DNA of 64,000 nucleotides from Mustelus asterias. Lineage: Eukaryota. The stretch is taken from contig NC_135801.1 in NCBI RefSeq assembly GCF_964213995.1, positions 155,248,001 to 155,312,000 on the forward strand. Reading direction: 5' to 3'. The notes beneath the pieces were generated by a model that saw only the letters and a program-made list of their open reading frames with translations, had not been told where the DNA came from and made no database searches. This document shows positions 50,206 to 62,926 of this stretch, one piece after another (position 1 is the stretch's first letter; every line of letters starts with the position of its first letter). Position numbers and translations under genes: made by a program.

Positions 50206-50289
50206 GTTCAAGGGCAACTAGGGATGGGCAGTAAATGTTGGCCAGCCAGAGATGCCCATGTCCCATAAATGAATGAAAAAACTTCTCAC

Positions 50290-51235
50290 AAAATTGGACA
50301 CTATATTCACACATCTAAATACAGAAAAGTGAGGAGACATGACTAGGTTGATGTATTTAAAAGCTTCGGTAGAGAAACCGGGCTGCACCACTTCAGCTGT
50401 ACATGAGGTGATGGACATGGGAGAGGCCTCTGCCATAAGGCAACATCTCCACCGTCTCGGTCCAGAAAAGCTGGCCCAGCTTCAGGAGGAGATGAGCCAC
50501 ATGCTGGGGTACCAACTGATGTAGTTTAGGAGCAGCAGCTGGAGTTCGCCAGTTGTGCTTGTGCCCAAGCTGGACAGCTGCACAAGGTTCTACACTGACT
50601 CGCAAAAGATTAATGCAGTGGCCAGAGCCACTTTCTACCTGATTCCCTGCCTGGAAGATTTAATTGATAGGGTTGGTAATGCATCCAACATGACAAAGAT
50701 AGATTTACTCCAGGGATATCATACTGGCAGGTTCCCTTGACTGGCCGCACAAAGGAAATCTCCACCTTTGTGACTCTGGGTGGGTTATACCAGTGTTGAA
50801 TCATTCCATTTGGAATCTTAAATGCCCCCACCACATTTTAAAAGGCAGGTAGTGGTGGGCTTATCCAATTGTGTCATGTACCTCGATGACCTCCTATGTG
50901 GACAGTGACTCCAGGGAAACTCACTTAGAGGGACAGGAAGCCCTCTTCCAGAAATTACAATCAGCTGACCTAGCGGTCAATCTTGTAAAGAGTAGGTGCG
51001 CTAAGGCTCAGGTGAGCAACCAGGGACATATGATAGGTCAAGGACAATTACTGCTCAGAGCTGCAAGGGTACAAGGAGTAATACAACTTCCCATTCTCAC
51101 TGCAAAATGGCAAATCCGGAGATTTTTAGGGATGTGTGTTCTCCTACAAGTCCTTCTCGACTACGAAAACAAGCAAAAGGAGTATGGACTGAGAAATGCC
51201 AGATAGCTTTCAAGAAGCTGAAAGCCATTTTAATA
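50290..51235 (+). pseudogene. Gypsy pol reverse transcriptase remnant
   Basis: SSWSSPVVLVPK..RFYTD.QKINAV..LEDLIDRVG..TKIDLLQGY, PFGILNAP, YLDD, IRRFLGM; frameshifted. Confidence 0.88.
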
Positions 51236-51327
51236 AATGAAGCATAGAACTTGGAATAGTACAGCACAGGAACAGGCCCTTCGGCCCACAATGTTGTGCC
51301 AAACATGACGCGAAATTAAACTAATCT

Positions 51328-51649
51328 GGGGCGGCAGGTGGCACAGTGTATGCTGCCTCACAACACCAGGGACCTGGGTTCGATTCCCGGCTTGGGTCAC
51401 TGTCTGTGTGGAGTTTGCACATTCTGTGTCTGCGTGGGTTTCCTCCGGGTGCTCCGGTTTCCTCCCACAGTCCAAAGATGTGCGGGTTAGGTACATTGGC
51501 CATGCTAAATTGCCCCTTAGTGTCAGGGGGACTAGCTAGGGTAAATGCATGGGGTTATGGGGATAGGGCCTGGGTGGGATTGTGGATGGTGCAGACTCGA
51601 TGGGCCAAATGGCCTCCTTCTGCACTGTAGGGATTCTATGATTCTATGA
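51328..51649 (+). mobile_element. HE1-type SINE inside an antisense CR1 tail (51243-51730)
   Basis: Head, core and tail; CR1 3' UTR on both sides. Confidence 0.88.
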
Positions 51650-52204
51650 TTCCAATCCCTTCTGCCTGCCCTTTGTTCATATCCCTCCATTCCTTGCATA
51701 TTCATGCGCTTATCTAAAAGCCCTTGAACACTAGCAGCTGCAGATTTTAACCATATATTTAAAATAGCCATTGATGCCAGTGACCTCAGGGTGAGGGCTG
51801 TCCTCCTCCAGGAGGTTGAATTAGGGATGGAGTGACCAACTGGGTACAGTAATGTCCCGCCACTCACAACATCCTTGTTTGTGTAATTGCTTACCCGCGC
51901 TAAAGCCTCTGTACGCCAGATCACCCACTGTGAGCCTAATTGTTTGCTTATCTGTGGATTTAAACATTAAAAAAGAAATCAACTTTGGAAAATGCTGAAA
52001 AAAGGAAAAGCCGTCTCAATAAACTTAAAGAAAGTCATCACGTTGCCTGTGATGAGATTCCTGCTGTAGAAAGTGTCCTGTGCATACATCCAAGCCTTTG
52101 TTTGCATGTAGGTGTTCCTTGTTGCTGCACCTGCATTGTTTGCACATTTACACATTCAAGTAAAGTGCAGTATTTTAATTCTCTCATAAATTTACTAAAA
52201 ACAT

Positions 52205-52398
52205 GGGCCGCAATTTTCCAGGAACCTGCAATGTGTTGTCTTCGGAAGAGGCGGCTAGCCGTTGGCCACCGATGAGATCTTCTGGTCCCACCGAAGTCAA
52301 TGGCAATTTGCGTGGCTCACCACCAGGGAACCCCTGGTGGAGATAGACTTTGGCGGGACTGGAAGATCCTGCCAGTGGGAAGGGCCTGAAAATCCTTC
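52205..52398. mobile_element. Harbinger-type MITE
   Basis: GGGCCGCAATTTTCC / GAAAATCCTTC termini; TSD CAT; internal inverted repeat. Confidence 0.6.
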
Positions 52399-52504
52399 CA
52401 TAGTTTTCATTGCCTTTGTACATGGGGAATGTTTTAACACTGGAACCTATTTCATTGACTCTCATTGTCAAACACATTCGTCACTCATGATGTTGCTGTT
52501 TGTG

Positions 52505-53392
52505 GGGTTGCGCTGGAACTGACCTCCTCAAAAGATGGGATCCAAAAGACTGAGCAAACATTAGAAATCATATTCCACAGTAGAAAAAGAAACCTTAGCT
52601 TCATTGCTGGTTCTCAAACACTTTGAGATAGATATGGATGGAATGGATGAAGAGAGACAATAGTTTACAGCAACCACAATCCTTAATAAGAACATAAGAA
52701 ATAGGAGCAGGAGTAGGCCCATCTAGCCCCTCAAGCCTGCTCCGCCATTCAATAAGATCATGGCTGATCTGATAGTGGGTTCAGTTCCACTTATCCGCCT
52801 GCTCCCCATAACCCTTAATTCCCTTAATGGTTAAAAATCTATCTATCTGTGACTTAAACACATTTAACGAGGTAGCCTCTACTGCTTCATTGGGCAGAGA
52901 ATCCCAAAGATTCACTACCCTCTGGGAGAAAAAGTTCCTCCTCAACTCTGTTCTAAATTGACTCCCCCGTATTTTGAGGCTATGCCCCCTAGTTCTTGTA
53001 AAGTTAAAGTTTATTTATTAGTCACAACTAAGGCTTACATTAACACTGCAATGAAGTTACCATGAAATACCCCTAGTCGCCACAGTCCAGCACCTGATAG
53101 GATCAATGCACTTAACCAGGCTGTGGGAGGAAACCGGAGCACCCGGAGGAAACCCACGCAGACACAGGGAGAACATGCAAACTCCACACAGTGACTCAAG
53201 CCAGGAATCGAACCCAGGTCTGTAGCACTGTGAGGCAGCAGTGCTAACCACTGGGCCACTGTGCCACCCTTTGAGCTTTGTGGAGAAATTTGAAACTCAG
53301 AATTATGTTTGTTTCTCTAACCATATTACCTGAAAATCATGCATATTCCGAGGAAATCAAATGTGATTGGAGAGTCCCTGTCCAGAGCTTAA
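52505..53392 (+). pseudogene. Gypsy RNase H remnant, interrupted by CR1 (52686-53000, -) and a SINE (53000-53268, -)
   Basis: YSTVEKETLASLLVLKHFE, VYSNHNP, then LSFVEKF..HIPRKSNVIGESLSRA*. Confidence 0.8.
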
Positions 53393-54214
53393 GGAGACCC
53401 AGTTAGAATTGATGGGATAATCAGACCAAGGCTAAGACAGCGAATGGGAGTGAATGTAGCTTTTCTTTTGTTTTATGTGTTTATATCTTGAAATGAAATG
53501 AGAGTGAATCTCATTTCATTTATTGGTGAAAGAGAGGTGGCATGACGCTGTGCCCCTTAATTTTTAAAATATGTTTTTTCAACTGACTGACACTTTTGCA
53601 ATTTGAACTGAGACAGAGCAAATTGCTTAAAAATAGAAGGCCACATTCCAAGGTGAAGGTGAGAAACAAAGAAATCACTCTCATGGTTAGAGAGAGATAT
53701 TTCCTATAATCCTTCAAAACTCATGAATGCCTAAGGAAGGAATGTTAAAAATGCAAAGTTCTGGACATTGAAATAATGGCTGCCACAGACAGACACATTC
53801 AGAACCTTTTAGAAATAACACAACAGGTGAAGAATATCAAGGCATAGCTGCCCAACCACTTGAGAGAGGAATGCAAAGAAAGCAGAGGAAACAGGCTGAA
53901 GGCTGCTCTCTCTCTCTCTCCCTCTCTGTTTTTTGGAATAAGTATGTCACCTGGTTTGAAGAGAGAGCTATACTAGAATCCTACCAGCGAACTGAGATCT
54001 CATAATAATTGCAAGATCTTCTGCATGTCACCACATCCAGGAAACCAGATTACTTAGAAACTTACAAAATTCTAACAGGGTAAGACAGGGTGGATTCAGA
54101 AAGAATCGCCCGAATTCTACCGCCCCGCCCGCCACGGAATCAGGCAGGCAAATTCCACCTGCTGAAAGAGCTAAGTGACACGAATTGGATGCTAAGCTCG
54201 ACTCCTGTCCAATT

Positions 54215-54735
54215 AGAACATAAGAACATAAGAAATAGGAGCAGGAGTAGGCCATCTAGCCCCTCGAGCCTGCCCCGCCATTCAATAAAATCATGGCTGA
54301 TCTGACGTGGATCAGTACCACTTACCCGCCTGATCCCCATAACCCTTAATTCCCTTACCGCTCAGGAATCCATCCATCCGCGCTTTAAACATATTCAGCG
54401 AGGTAGCCTCCACCACCTCAGTGGGCAGAGAATTCCAGAGATTCACCACCCTCTGGGAGAAGAAGTTCCTCCTCAACTCTGTCTTAAACCGACCCCCCTT
54501 TATTTTGAGGCTGTGTCCTCTAGTTTTAACTTCCTTACTAAGTGGAAAGAATCTCTCCGCCTCCACCCTATCCAGCCCCCGCATTATCTTATAAGTCTCC
54601 ATAAGATCCCCCCTCATCCTTCTAAACTCCAACGAGTACAAACCCAATCTCCTCAGCCTCTCCTCATAATCCAAACCCCTCATCTCCGGTATCAACCTGG
54701 TGAACCTTCTCTGCACTCCCTCCAATGCCAATATA
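54215..54735 (-). mobile_element. Young CR1 3' fragment
   Basis: Open frame DILALEGVQRRFTRLIPEM...NFFSQRVVNLWNSLP; TSD TCCAATT. Confidence 0.93.
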
Positions 54736-54739
54736 TCCA

Positions 54740-54942
54740 ATTCACGACCACAGAATGTAGTTGAGGCCAAAACGTTGCTAATTTTAAGAAGAAATTAGGT
54801 ATAACTCTTGGAGTTAAAGGGACTAAGGGATATGGGAGGGAAGGGGGGTCAGGATATTGAATTTGATGATCAGTCATGATCAGAATGAATGGCAGGCCTG
54901 AAGGGCCAAATGGCCTACTCCTTTTTCTAGTTTCTATGTTTT
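54740..54942 (+). mobile_element. CR1 3' tail
   Basis: PQNVVEAKT..FKKKL and 3' UTR. Confidence 0.8.
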
Positions 54943-55692
54943 TGTGTAACAAAAGACAGATGTACAGGATAATGTAAGAACAGGGAGCATATAGAGGCAA
55001 CTGTAACAAGGCCAAACGTCTCATGAATTTGAAGGTGGAGTTTGTCAGGAATACTGAAAGACTTGAAGAAATTGTATTGAAATTAGAATAGGCAAGCCAC
55101 AAGTATCCCAAAATGCAGTGAGCCCACAACAGCACACAATGGCACAGAACATCTGTAAACCTTTACAGGCAAGGTGCAGAGTTCGAGAGCATGTTGCCCC
55201 CTGGGAGAGTTCTAAGGCTAGGAGGAGTGATGAGTGAGGTTTCTGATGTTTGATGGGCTGTTCTAATCAATCCCCACCAATAATGCATACATCCTATTCT
55301 GTGGAAAGGTAAATAGTTTGGACAATTGAAGGATGAAGCTGAAGATTATGTTTTTTGATCTGTTCAGCATTCTAGAGTGTATGAATGCGAATCAATTGTC
55401 ATTTCTAATCTGTTTTCCTAAATGTCCTTGTCTATTTAAATACCATGCTGGAAGAATATCACCGCGCCTACCCCAACCTCTTTATATTTTTATGGACAAA
55501 CCTAGGTGATGGGCCACGGCCTATAATGCAAGACATTATCAAGGTTGAAAAGAGTCAGAGACAAATTGAGATCAGTCGAGTAGTAGTGAGAAGGCATCAC
55601 CAAGGTTGAGTTTTTAAGGTCACACTGATCTTCTGAAATTATCACAAACTCAAGAACCTCGAAGTTATCAGCATTTCATTATTGGTGATTTA

Positions 55693-56025
55693 GAAACATA
55701 GAAACTAGAAGCAGGAGTGGGCCATTTGGCCCTTTGAGCCTGCTCCACTCTTCATTTTGATCGCAGCTCGTCATCAAATTCAATATCCTGATTCCCCCTT
55801 TCTCCCATATCCCTTGATCCCTTTAGCTCCTCGAGCTGTATCTAATTTCTTCTTGTTTTGGCCTCAACTACATTCTGTGGTAGTGAATTCCACACATTCA
55901 CCACCCTCTGGGTGAAGAAATTTCTCCTCACAACAGTTCTAAAAGGTTTACCCCTTATCCTCAAACAATGACCCCTAATTCTGGACTCCCCCACCATTGG
56001 GAACATTCTTTCTGAATCTACCCTG
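55693..56025 (-). mobile_element. CR1 3' fragment
   Basis: RVDSERMFPMVGESRIRGH..RRNFFTQRVVNVWNSLP. Confidence 0.88.
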
Positions 56026-56778
56026 TATTTGAATTTGATCTCATCAACATACATAGAATTTTATCTCTTCTTCAGTGTAAGTTAAGCATGCGAAATTTCA
56101 ATGCAGATGCGTATTGCATTTCAGAGGAATTGTCTCCATGTTTGGGGGTAGTCAACAATATCTGTGGCATTTCACACAAACATACCAGGGGATTGTAACA
56201 ACACTGGTGAGGCTTGTGCTCAATAGAGTTCCAAACCTAATTAGCACTTAATGATCTGGGCAACTGCGGGTGTCTATCATCCTATCTTGGCCTCCTATTC
56301 GCTCTCGAATCTTAATTAACCTTTAGGAATCGGATCCACTGACAAGATTCCTCAGAGAGATCATTGATTTTAAATAGTATCTTGCAAAAAGAAATTGCAA
56401 TTCTGCATACCGCTGATCAATTTTATTAATGAAACCATCTTTGAAAATCACTAATTGATAGGGATGCTGTCTCTTGTGCAGAGGGAATACACTTATTCAT
56501 CATTTAGTCTTTAAAGATCCAAAATCTGTGTTAATTAACAGAGGTGGACTGGGCTATTTTGTGGACTCATTTCAGATGGTTAAGCAAACAGTGAGCTTAT
56601 TGCACCACAGAACTGGAGTTTGAAGTATAAATGTGGTAATAACTGTAGAACATGTCTTATAGCTGCTTTCATGTTGCAGTTTTTACTTCTGTGAATAAGG
56701 TTGATAAACTTATAAGTAAATCATAGCCTCAGTGTTGAGCTTATAGTCACCATATAAATGGAGCGATGAAGTACTTAC

Positions 56779-56871
56779 ATTTCTGTTCGTGGTGGTATAA
56801 TAAGTATTGTTCATTGCTATGAACCGAGGTGTATACTCTTTTATCCTTCCAGCAACATGTATTTTGCATCT
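56779..56871 (-). other. Candidate 93-nt exon of an unidentified transcript
   Basis: Acceptor GTCTCTGTGTTTCAG and donor GTAAGTA on the minus strand; length a multiple of 3; two frames open; lies in repeat-free sequence. Confidence 0.3.
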
Positions 56872-57863
56872 CTGAAACACAGAGACTACACCATATTTTA
56901 AATTCATGTTGATTATTTTACAGGCTTCCTTTAACCTAACAAGCTCAGAGAAGACTACCCGTGTCAACATTACTGTTCATTATGTTGAAACATAGAAAGC
57001 CTATCAAGCTCTAACCTTCCACCTGACCCTATAGAATACAAAATGTAATTGTACTTCAACTTAATTTCTAGAGGGACATAAATAATCACAGTTAAAATTT
57101 TCAAAAAGGTTAAAGTCTGTGTAATGTCTCCCCGACGCCCAAAGCTAATCACAAAACTCCAGAATATCTACCACGTGTGACACTCTACACTACTCTATGG
57201 TGGCAGAAAGCTGGGACCACATTCTTTCATGCAATATATGAACGTCCATGTCAAAGCTTACCCTTGTTACCATTAATTCTGTTCTTGGCTTGGTATTCAT
57301 CCAGTTGCTCTCTGAAGGAGTTAATCGATATAACATTTACTGGTTAACCTTCTATGTGAGTGACCTGAATTTCATTTTCCAGCCTTTGAGTTCACATTGC
57401 ATTTTTGATGGAACATCTACAAAACCTACAGCACTAATGTGTTTTAGCCCTTTTAAACTTCAATCATGTTTTTAAATATAATTGAGCCTTTCTCTGATAA
57501 TGTGTGCAATCACTGTTAATTATTTCTGTCCCAATGTAGCATCCACTGAATATTAATGTAGCTGGATTTTCAGAACCCAGCTGTATTGAATAGATACATA
57601 CATCATGGCCAGCTATAAGATGTGATAACTTTTATTTTTAAGTAAGACAAACTGAATAAACTAAGTGGTAAAACCATAGGATGGCAACATCACTTCTATG
57701 AGGCATTCTGTTTTCTTTCCTATTTTCTTCCCTCTTCTATTAAAGTTGCTAACACAGCTATGGCAGTAGGGTGGCCTTGGTGTTGAACTATTATTATGGA
57801 GGCTTGGACAAATAATCTAAAGAACGTACGATAAAATCTCACCGTAGAGCTGGAGAAAAATCC

Positions 57864-58140
57864 TACTGTACAGTGTGGAAGGCCATTCATCCATTGTGCC
57901 TGTGCCAGCTCTTTGAAAGCGTTCTGAAGTATGTCCTTCTCCCCTGCTCTTTCCCCAGGGCTCTGAAACTCTTTCCTTTTCAAGTGTGCATCTAATTTTG
58001 TTTTGACAGTCACTACTGAATCTGCTTCCACCATCCTTTCAGGCAGCACATTCCAGAGAGGGTGGCACAGTGGTTAGCCCTGCTGCCTCACAGTTCCAGA
58101 GACCTGGGTTTGATTCTGGCCTTGGGTCACTGTCTGTGTG
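57864..58140. mobile_element. CR1 tail (-, 57864-58058) abutting an HE1 head (+, 58060-58140)
   Basis: MLPERMVEADSVVTVKTKLD; GGTGGCACAGTGGTTAGC. Confidence 0.75.
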
Positions 58141-58979
58141 TAACAGGAAGGGGGCACCTGATAGCACCTGGAATGTGGATCATAGCTATTTTTCATCTTC
58201 TTACCCATGGCCAACTAAAGTGCCGCTTAAATCTCCATTGTTCAAGTCAACCACAACACAGATCAGGGGAGCACAGATATATTTCATTCATAACGTGCCT
58301 GAATTTGCTGCAATGCCCATTCTGGCAGTGAGTTAGAACTTTGTCAAACTCCATCCTCCAGTGTTTAGTTAGACCATTGTCATTCTCCACACTTCAGTGA
58401 TGAGCATGATGAGAGATGCAGCTAATGTCTGATAAACAGACAAGGTACTGCAGCCTGTCACAGAGTGGAACAACAGGTTATTTAACAGTGACACCCTTAG
58501 GATTAATGGTTCCAACCGGATATAGTGTGGATGTCGATAGAATATCCAAGCCAGGTTAAATTTGATTGATGAGTTTACACGGGAACAGTATAAATATAGA
58601 AAGCGGGGTTAAGAAGGGACCTGTATGCATAGGATTGTCTCCTGAACTGAGTGCGATCTCTTGCCATTTTTCATTTCCAGTTGCAATCAATGCTTAACGC
58701 ACAAGCACAATAAATATTAATATAAAAATAATATCAGTCAGGGGAAAATCAGAACATGCCAGGCTGTCAAAACACTTATTCCGTTACTTAAATTGCAGTT
58801 CAAGATTTCAATAAAGTTCTGAAAAGAAGTCAGTGAAAATGTTAGCCTCAGGCAACCTGCTGAGAGATTGAATGTTGCTGGTTCTGACCCATTTGGTGTC
58901 ATTGTGTAATGGTCTAAGAGGTTATGGTGACCACAATGCGGTTAGTTCAACTAACTCAATCTTATCATTGATTTTAATC

Positions 58980-59001
58980 GGGGGGGGGGGGGGGGGGGGG
59001 G
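58980..59001. repeat. G22 homopolymer
   Basis: Direct reading. Confidence 0.9.
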
Positions 59002-59431
59002 CGGTGAACCAAGACAATTAGTCCAACAGCTAGCAAAGTTAACCTAGAATGTCTACACAATGTATGACGCAGGTGCATCGTAACTATGGAGCACATTTTC
59101 AGGAAATTCAGGCCTGATACGTATCTCAATAAAGTGTGCTATTTGCTTATACTGTGCAGTAAAATACATAGGATATACATTTTACTCCTCCCTTTCCAAG
59201 TTGCTCTCTAGCTGTCGTGAGATAGCCCCTACCTTGATGCTGGGATTTATGTTGGCTGCAGAGGAAACTATCTATTCCACGTTTTATAAGATTTCCTATT
59301 GCTATCACATTTTTATTCTGTCCCACCCTAGGCAGCCTTCTGAGCCACATTGGTCTATATTGTGGCTGCCCTCCCTGCAGTCTTTCCCCTTCGTTCACAG
59401 ATAGTGAGTACATTGTACATTGTACTCACTA

Positions 59432-59795
59432 GGGGAGGCGGTGGCTTAGTGTTTTATCGCTGGACTATTAATCCAGAAACTCAGCCAATGTCCTGGGAAT
59501 CTGGGTTTAAATCCAGCCACGGCAGGTGATGGAATTTGAATTCAATAAAAAATACCTGGAATTAAAAATCTACTGATGATGATGAAGCCAGTGTCGATTG
59601 TCGGAAAAATCCATCCGGTTCACTAATGTCCTTTGGGGAGGGAAATCTGCTGACCTTACCCTGCCTGGCCTACATGTGACTCCAGAGCCACAGCAATGTG
59701 GTTGACTGTCAACTGCATTTGGGCAACTGAGGATGGGCAAGAAATGTTGACCAGCCAGTGATGCCCATGTTCAATGAATGAATAAAAAAAATAAA
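59432..59795 (+). mobile_element. SINE family B, full length
   Basis: GGGGAGGCGGTGGCTTAGTG A box, GGGTTTAAATCC B box, core, and (TGAA)n/A tail. Confidence 0.8.
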
Positions 59796-59874
59796 TCCTA
59801 TCATTGCTACATTTCAGATGTTCAGCTTGGTGATAGTACTTTCATCTTTGGGCAGAATGTTATGAGTAAGACTT

Positions 59875-60610
59875 TTTTTATTTGTTCATAAGGTGTGGGC
59901 GTTATTGGAAAAGCTAACATTTATCACATTCTCTAATTGCCCTCGACTAAGTCACCTTCTTGAACCACTGCAGTCCATGAGCATGCACCAACAGTGTTTT
60001 TAGAGAAGGAGCTTCAGGACTTAGCGACAATGGAGGAACAATTATATATTTACAAATCAGAATGATCTGTGACTTAGAGCAGTATTTGCAGATGTCTTCC
60101 CATGCGTCTTGTCTCTTGTTCCTGTAGACACAGAAGTCGTGAGTTTGGAAGTGTTGTTGAGGCTAATTGTCGAGTTGCTGCAGTACATTTTGTAGATTGT
60201 AGCCACTGCTGTTGTCCTCTTTACAGCAGAGAAGATTGAGGGGCAGCCTGATCGGGGTGTATAAGATTATGAGGGGCATGGACAAAGTGAATAACGAGAA
60301 GCTATTCCCCTTGGTTAAAGGGTCAGTCACGAATGAGCACAAGTTCAAGATGAGGAGCAGGAGCTTTAGGAGGATGTGAGGAATAATGTTTTTACCCAGA
60401 GGGTGGTGACAATCTGGAGTGGGAGGATGGTGGAGGCAAGTTGTCTCAGATACTTTAAAAAGTACCTGGATAAGCACTTGACACGTCATAACATTCAAGG
60501 CTGTGGGCCAAATGCTGATAAATGGGATTAGGTAGGTAGGTCAGGTGCTTCTCACGTGTCGATGCAGACTCAATGCGCCAAAGAGCCTCTTTTGCACTGT
60601 GTGATTCTGT
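59875..60610. mobile_element. LINE-B tail (-, 59875-60215) followed by a CR1 tail (+, 60225-60610)
   Basis: Homology to 17380-17720; LRGSLIGVYKIMRGMD. Confidence 0.75.
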
Positions 60611-62005
60611 GTTCATTCAGCAACCATCAAGAGAAAATTGTGAACTCAGCATAAATAATTAATTGTGAAGAATATTTCTTATAACACCAAGAGTCTTTAA
60701 AAATTACTTTGTGATGTTGCTTGCACTCTTGAGAAAAATTACTATTGCCTTCAAAACCTGTCACTGCTATAGAGGTGACCAGTGACAGATTGGGATCTGA
60801 TGTGTTGGGTCTTTCATACAGGAAGAGGAGAAAGCTGAAGTGGACAGTTATTTATCTGGTCTTTAAAATGTACTTAGCAGATTAGAGCTGGGACTGGTGG
60901 AATTACAAGGTCAACAGATTTCCACTTCCGCCTCAGTTACCCCCAACGTACTGGGTAACTTTACTGACTAGAAACAAAATACTGTAAGTGGATGGGAAAT
61001 GAGAAAGGCTTTGATTTCTTTGTAGAAGCCAGTCCAGGAATAGTTGCCCATTTGCAATCAATTTGTTATTTTCCAGCCAAAATTGCTGGCGCTTCCTTTA
61101 GGCCAATACTGCCATTTCTGTCCTTCCCCCAATAAGTGGGCACCCTTCGCTTCGCTGACACAGGCTACCCACCACATTCACATAAATAGTCTGATTCTGG
61201 GGATTCTGACAGGGGAGATGTGTAATTGTAAAGTTTAACAGAAATCAAACTCAACCATTGTTACAGTGGTGGAGCAAGATTGTGGAGCCTTTAGGTTTGG
61301 TTCTGCTCCAGTTGCTTTCGTGCTTGGTGCATTGTCTGGGGATGAACTATTATATACAGACACATGCTTGATCCTTGTGATAGGCTTGTTAAATGTTCAA
61401 ATATTCCAGGCTCATATTTAAAGATAGCCATTTGGGTAAGACTACTAATGCATATAGAACTGTACTCAACTGGGAAATGGTGACTTCAGCAGAAGGGGAA
61501 TTCAAAAGAAAATGAGACTGATATCTCTGGTGGACATTAAAGAATAAATTAGAGTTGCCTGTGATAGCAGGAAAGACTTCATAATGGTTCACATTAAACG
61601 GTATGTTTAATATCCTCCTTACATTGCTATATTTGTAGTGAAGCAGATGATGGAATTGCCAGTGAATGAATATTTTGAAGAGGTGGTAAGAAGGGTCATT
61701 GAAGGCGGTGTGCTTGATGTAGTCGACATGAACATTTGACAAGCTCCCTCATGGAAGTCTGGTCAGAAAAGTAAAAGCCCATGGGATCCAAGGGAAAATG
61801 GCAAGTTGGATCCAAAGTTGGCTGAGCGACAGGAAGCAAAGGTCAACAGGTGACCTTGTGACTGGAATGTTGTTTCCAATGGGGTTCTGTGGGCATTAGT
61901 ACTTGTTTTTCATAGTATATAAGTCAATGATTAATGTCGCACATAGGCAGCATTTCCGCATCAGACGCTTTCCACCCCCAATTTAATTGGGGACGGACAA
62001 TTTTC

Positions 62006-62069
62006 CTGACACCAGGAATCCACACAAATACTTCCATCTGACACCAGGAATCCACTCAAATAGTTCTAT
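62006..62069. repeat. 32-bp tandem duplication
   Basis: CTGACACCAGGAATCCACWCAAATA x2. Confidence 0.85.
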
Positions 62070-62244
62070 CCAATTCTCACCCCCACCTCCCATCATCATG
62101 CCTGTTCCAGCAGGTTGAATTAAATTCTACCTTTTATTCAAAAGTTGCAAATGGAACTCAATCTGGAAAAGTGTCGTTGGGAAGGAAAATTAGGTAAGGG
62201 AATGCACAGCAAATGGTAAAAGTATTGACACGTATCCTTGTCTG

Positions 62245-62680
62245 GCTGGATAGACTTTTTTCTCTGGAGCGTAGAAGGTTGAGGCATGATCTTATAGAGG
62301 TCTATAAAATATTGAGGGGCATAGATCAGCTAGATAGTCAATATCTTTTCCCAAAGATAGGGGAGTCTAAAAATAGAGGGCATAGGTTTAAGGTGAGAGG
62401 GAAGTGATACAAAAGTGTCCAGAGGGGCAATTTTTTTCACACAGAGGGTGGTGAGTGTCTGGAACAAGCTGCCAGAGGTAGTAGTAGAGGCGGGTACAAT
62501 TTTGTCTTTTAAAAAGCGCTTAGACAGTTACATGTGTAAGATGGGTATAGAGGGATATGGGCCAACATGGGCAATTGGGACTAACTTAGGGGTTTAAAAA
62601 AAAGGGCGGCATGAGCAAGTTGGGCCGAAGGGCCTGTTTCCATGCTGTAAATCTCTATGACCCTATGACTCTCTATGATG
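62245..62680 (+). mobile_element. CR1 3' fragment
   Basis: LFSLERRRLRHDLIEVYKILRGID..FFTQRVVSVWNKLP; (CTATGA)n tail. Confidence 0.9.
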
Positions 62681-62790
62681 CTATAGAGCATTTTGACCCT
62701 TGTAATTCCACCAGTCCCAGCATGCCACAGATCCCTGAAGGTAACAGGACAGGTAGATAACGGGTGCAATTTTATGAAATTAAAGACAAG

Positions 62791-62926
62791 GGCCAGAATT
62801 TTCCAGCTGTTCATGCCCCACCTCCACTGCAAGGTAGGACGGAGAATTTGGCGCTCAGACAAATCTCCAATCACTGCAGCGGGATCACAGAATCGCACTG
62901 GCGTGAACGGCCAATAGATTCTGGCC
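62791..62926. mobile_element. Harbinger-type MITE
   Basis: TIRs GGCCAGAAT / ATTCTGGCC; TSD AAG. Confidence 0.75.

Larger units (their letters stand above)
48780..54030 (+). mobile_element. Decayed Gypsy/Ty3 LTR retrotransposon (Gmr1-like), heavily interrupted
   Basis: LTR-like 3' end with AATAAA, tRNA-Pro-like PBS, gag, RT and RNase H remnants, PPT near 53525-53540 followed by LTR-like sequence; outer ends uncertain. Confidence 0.75.
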
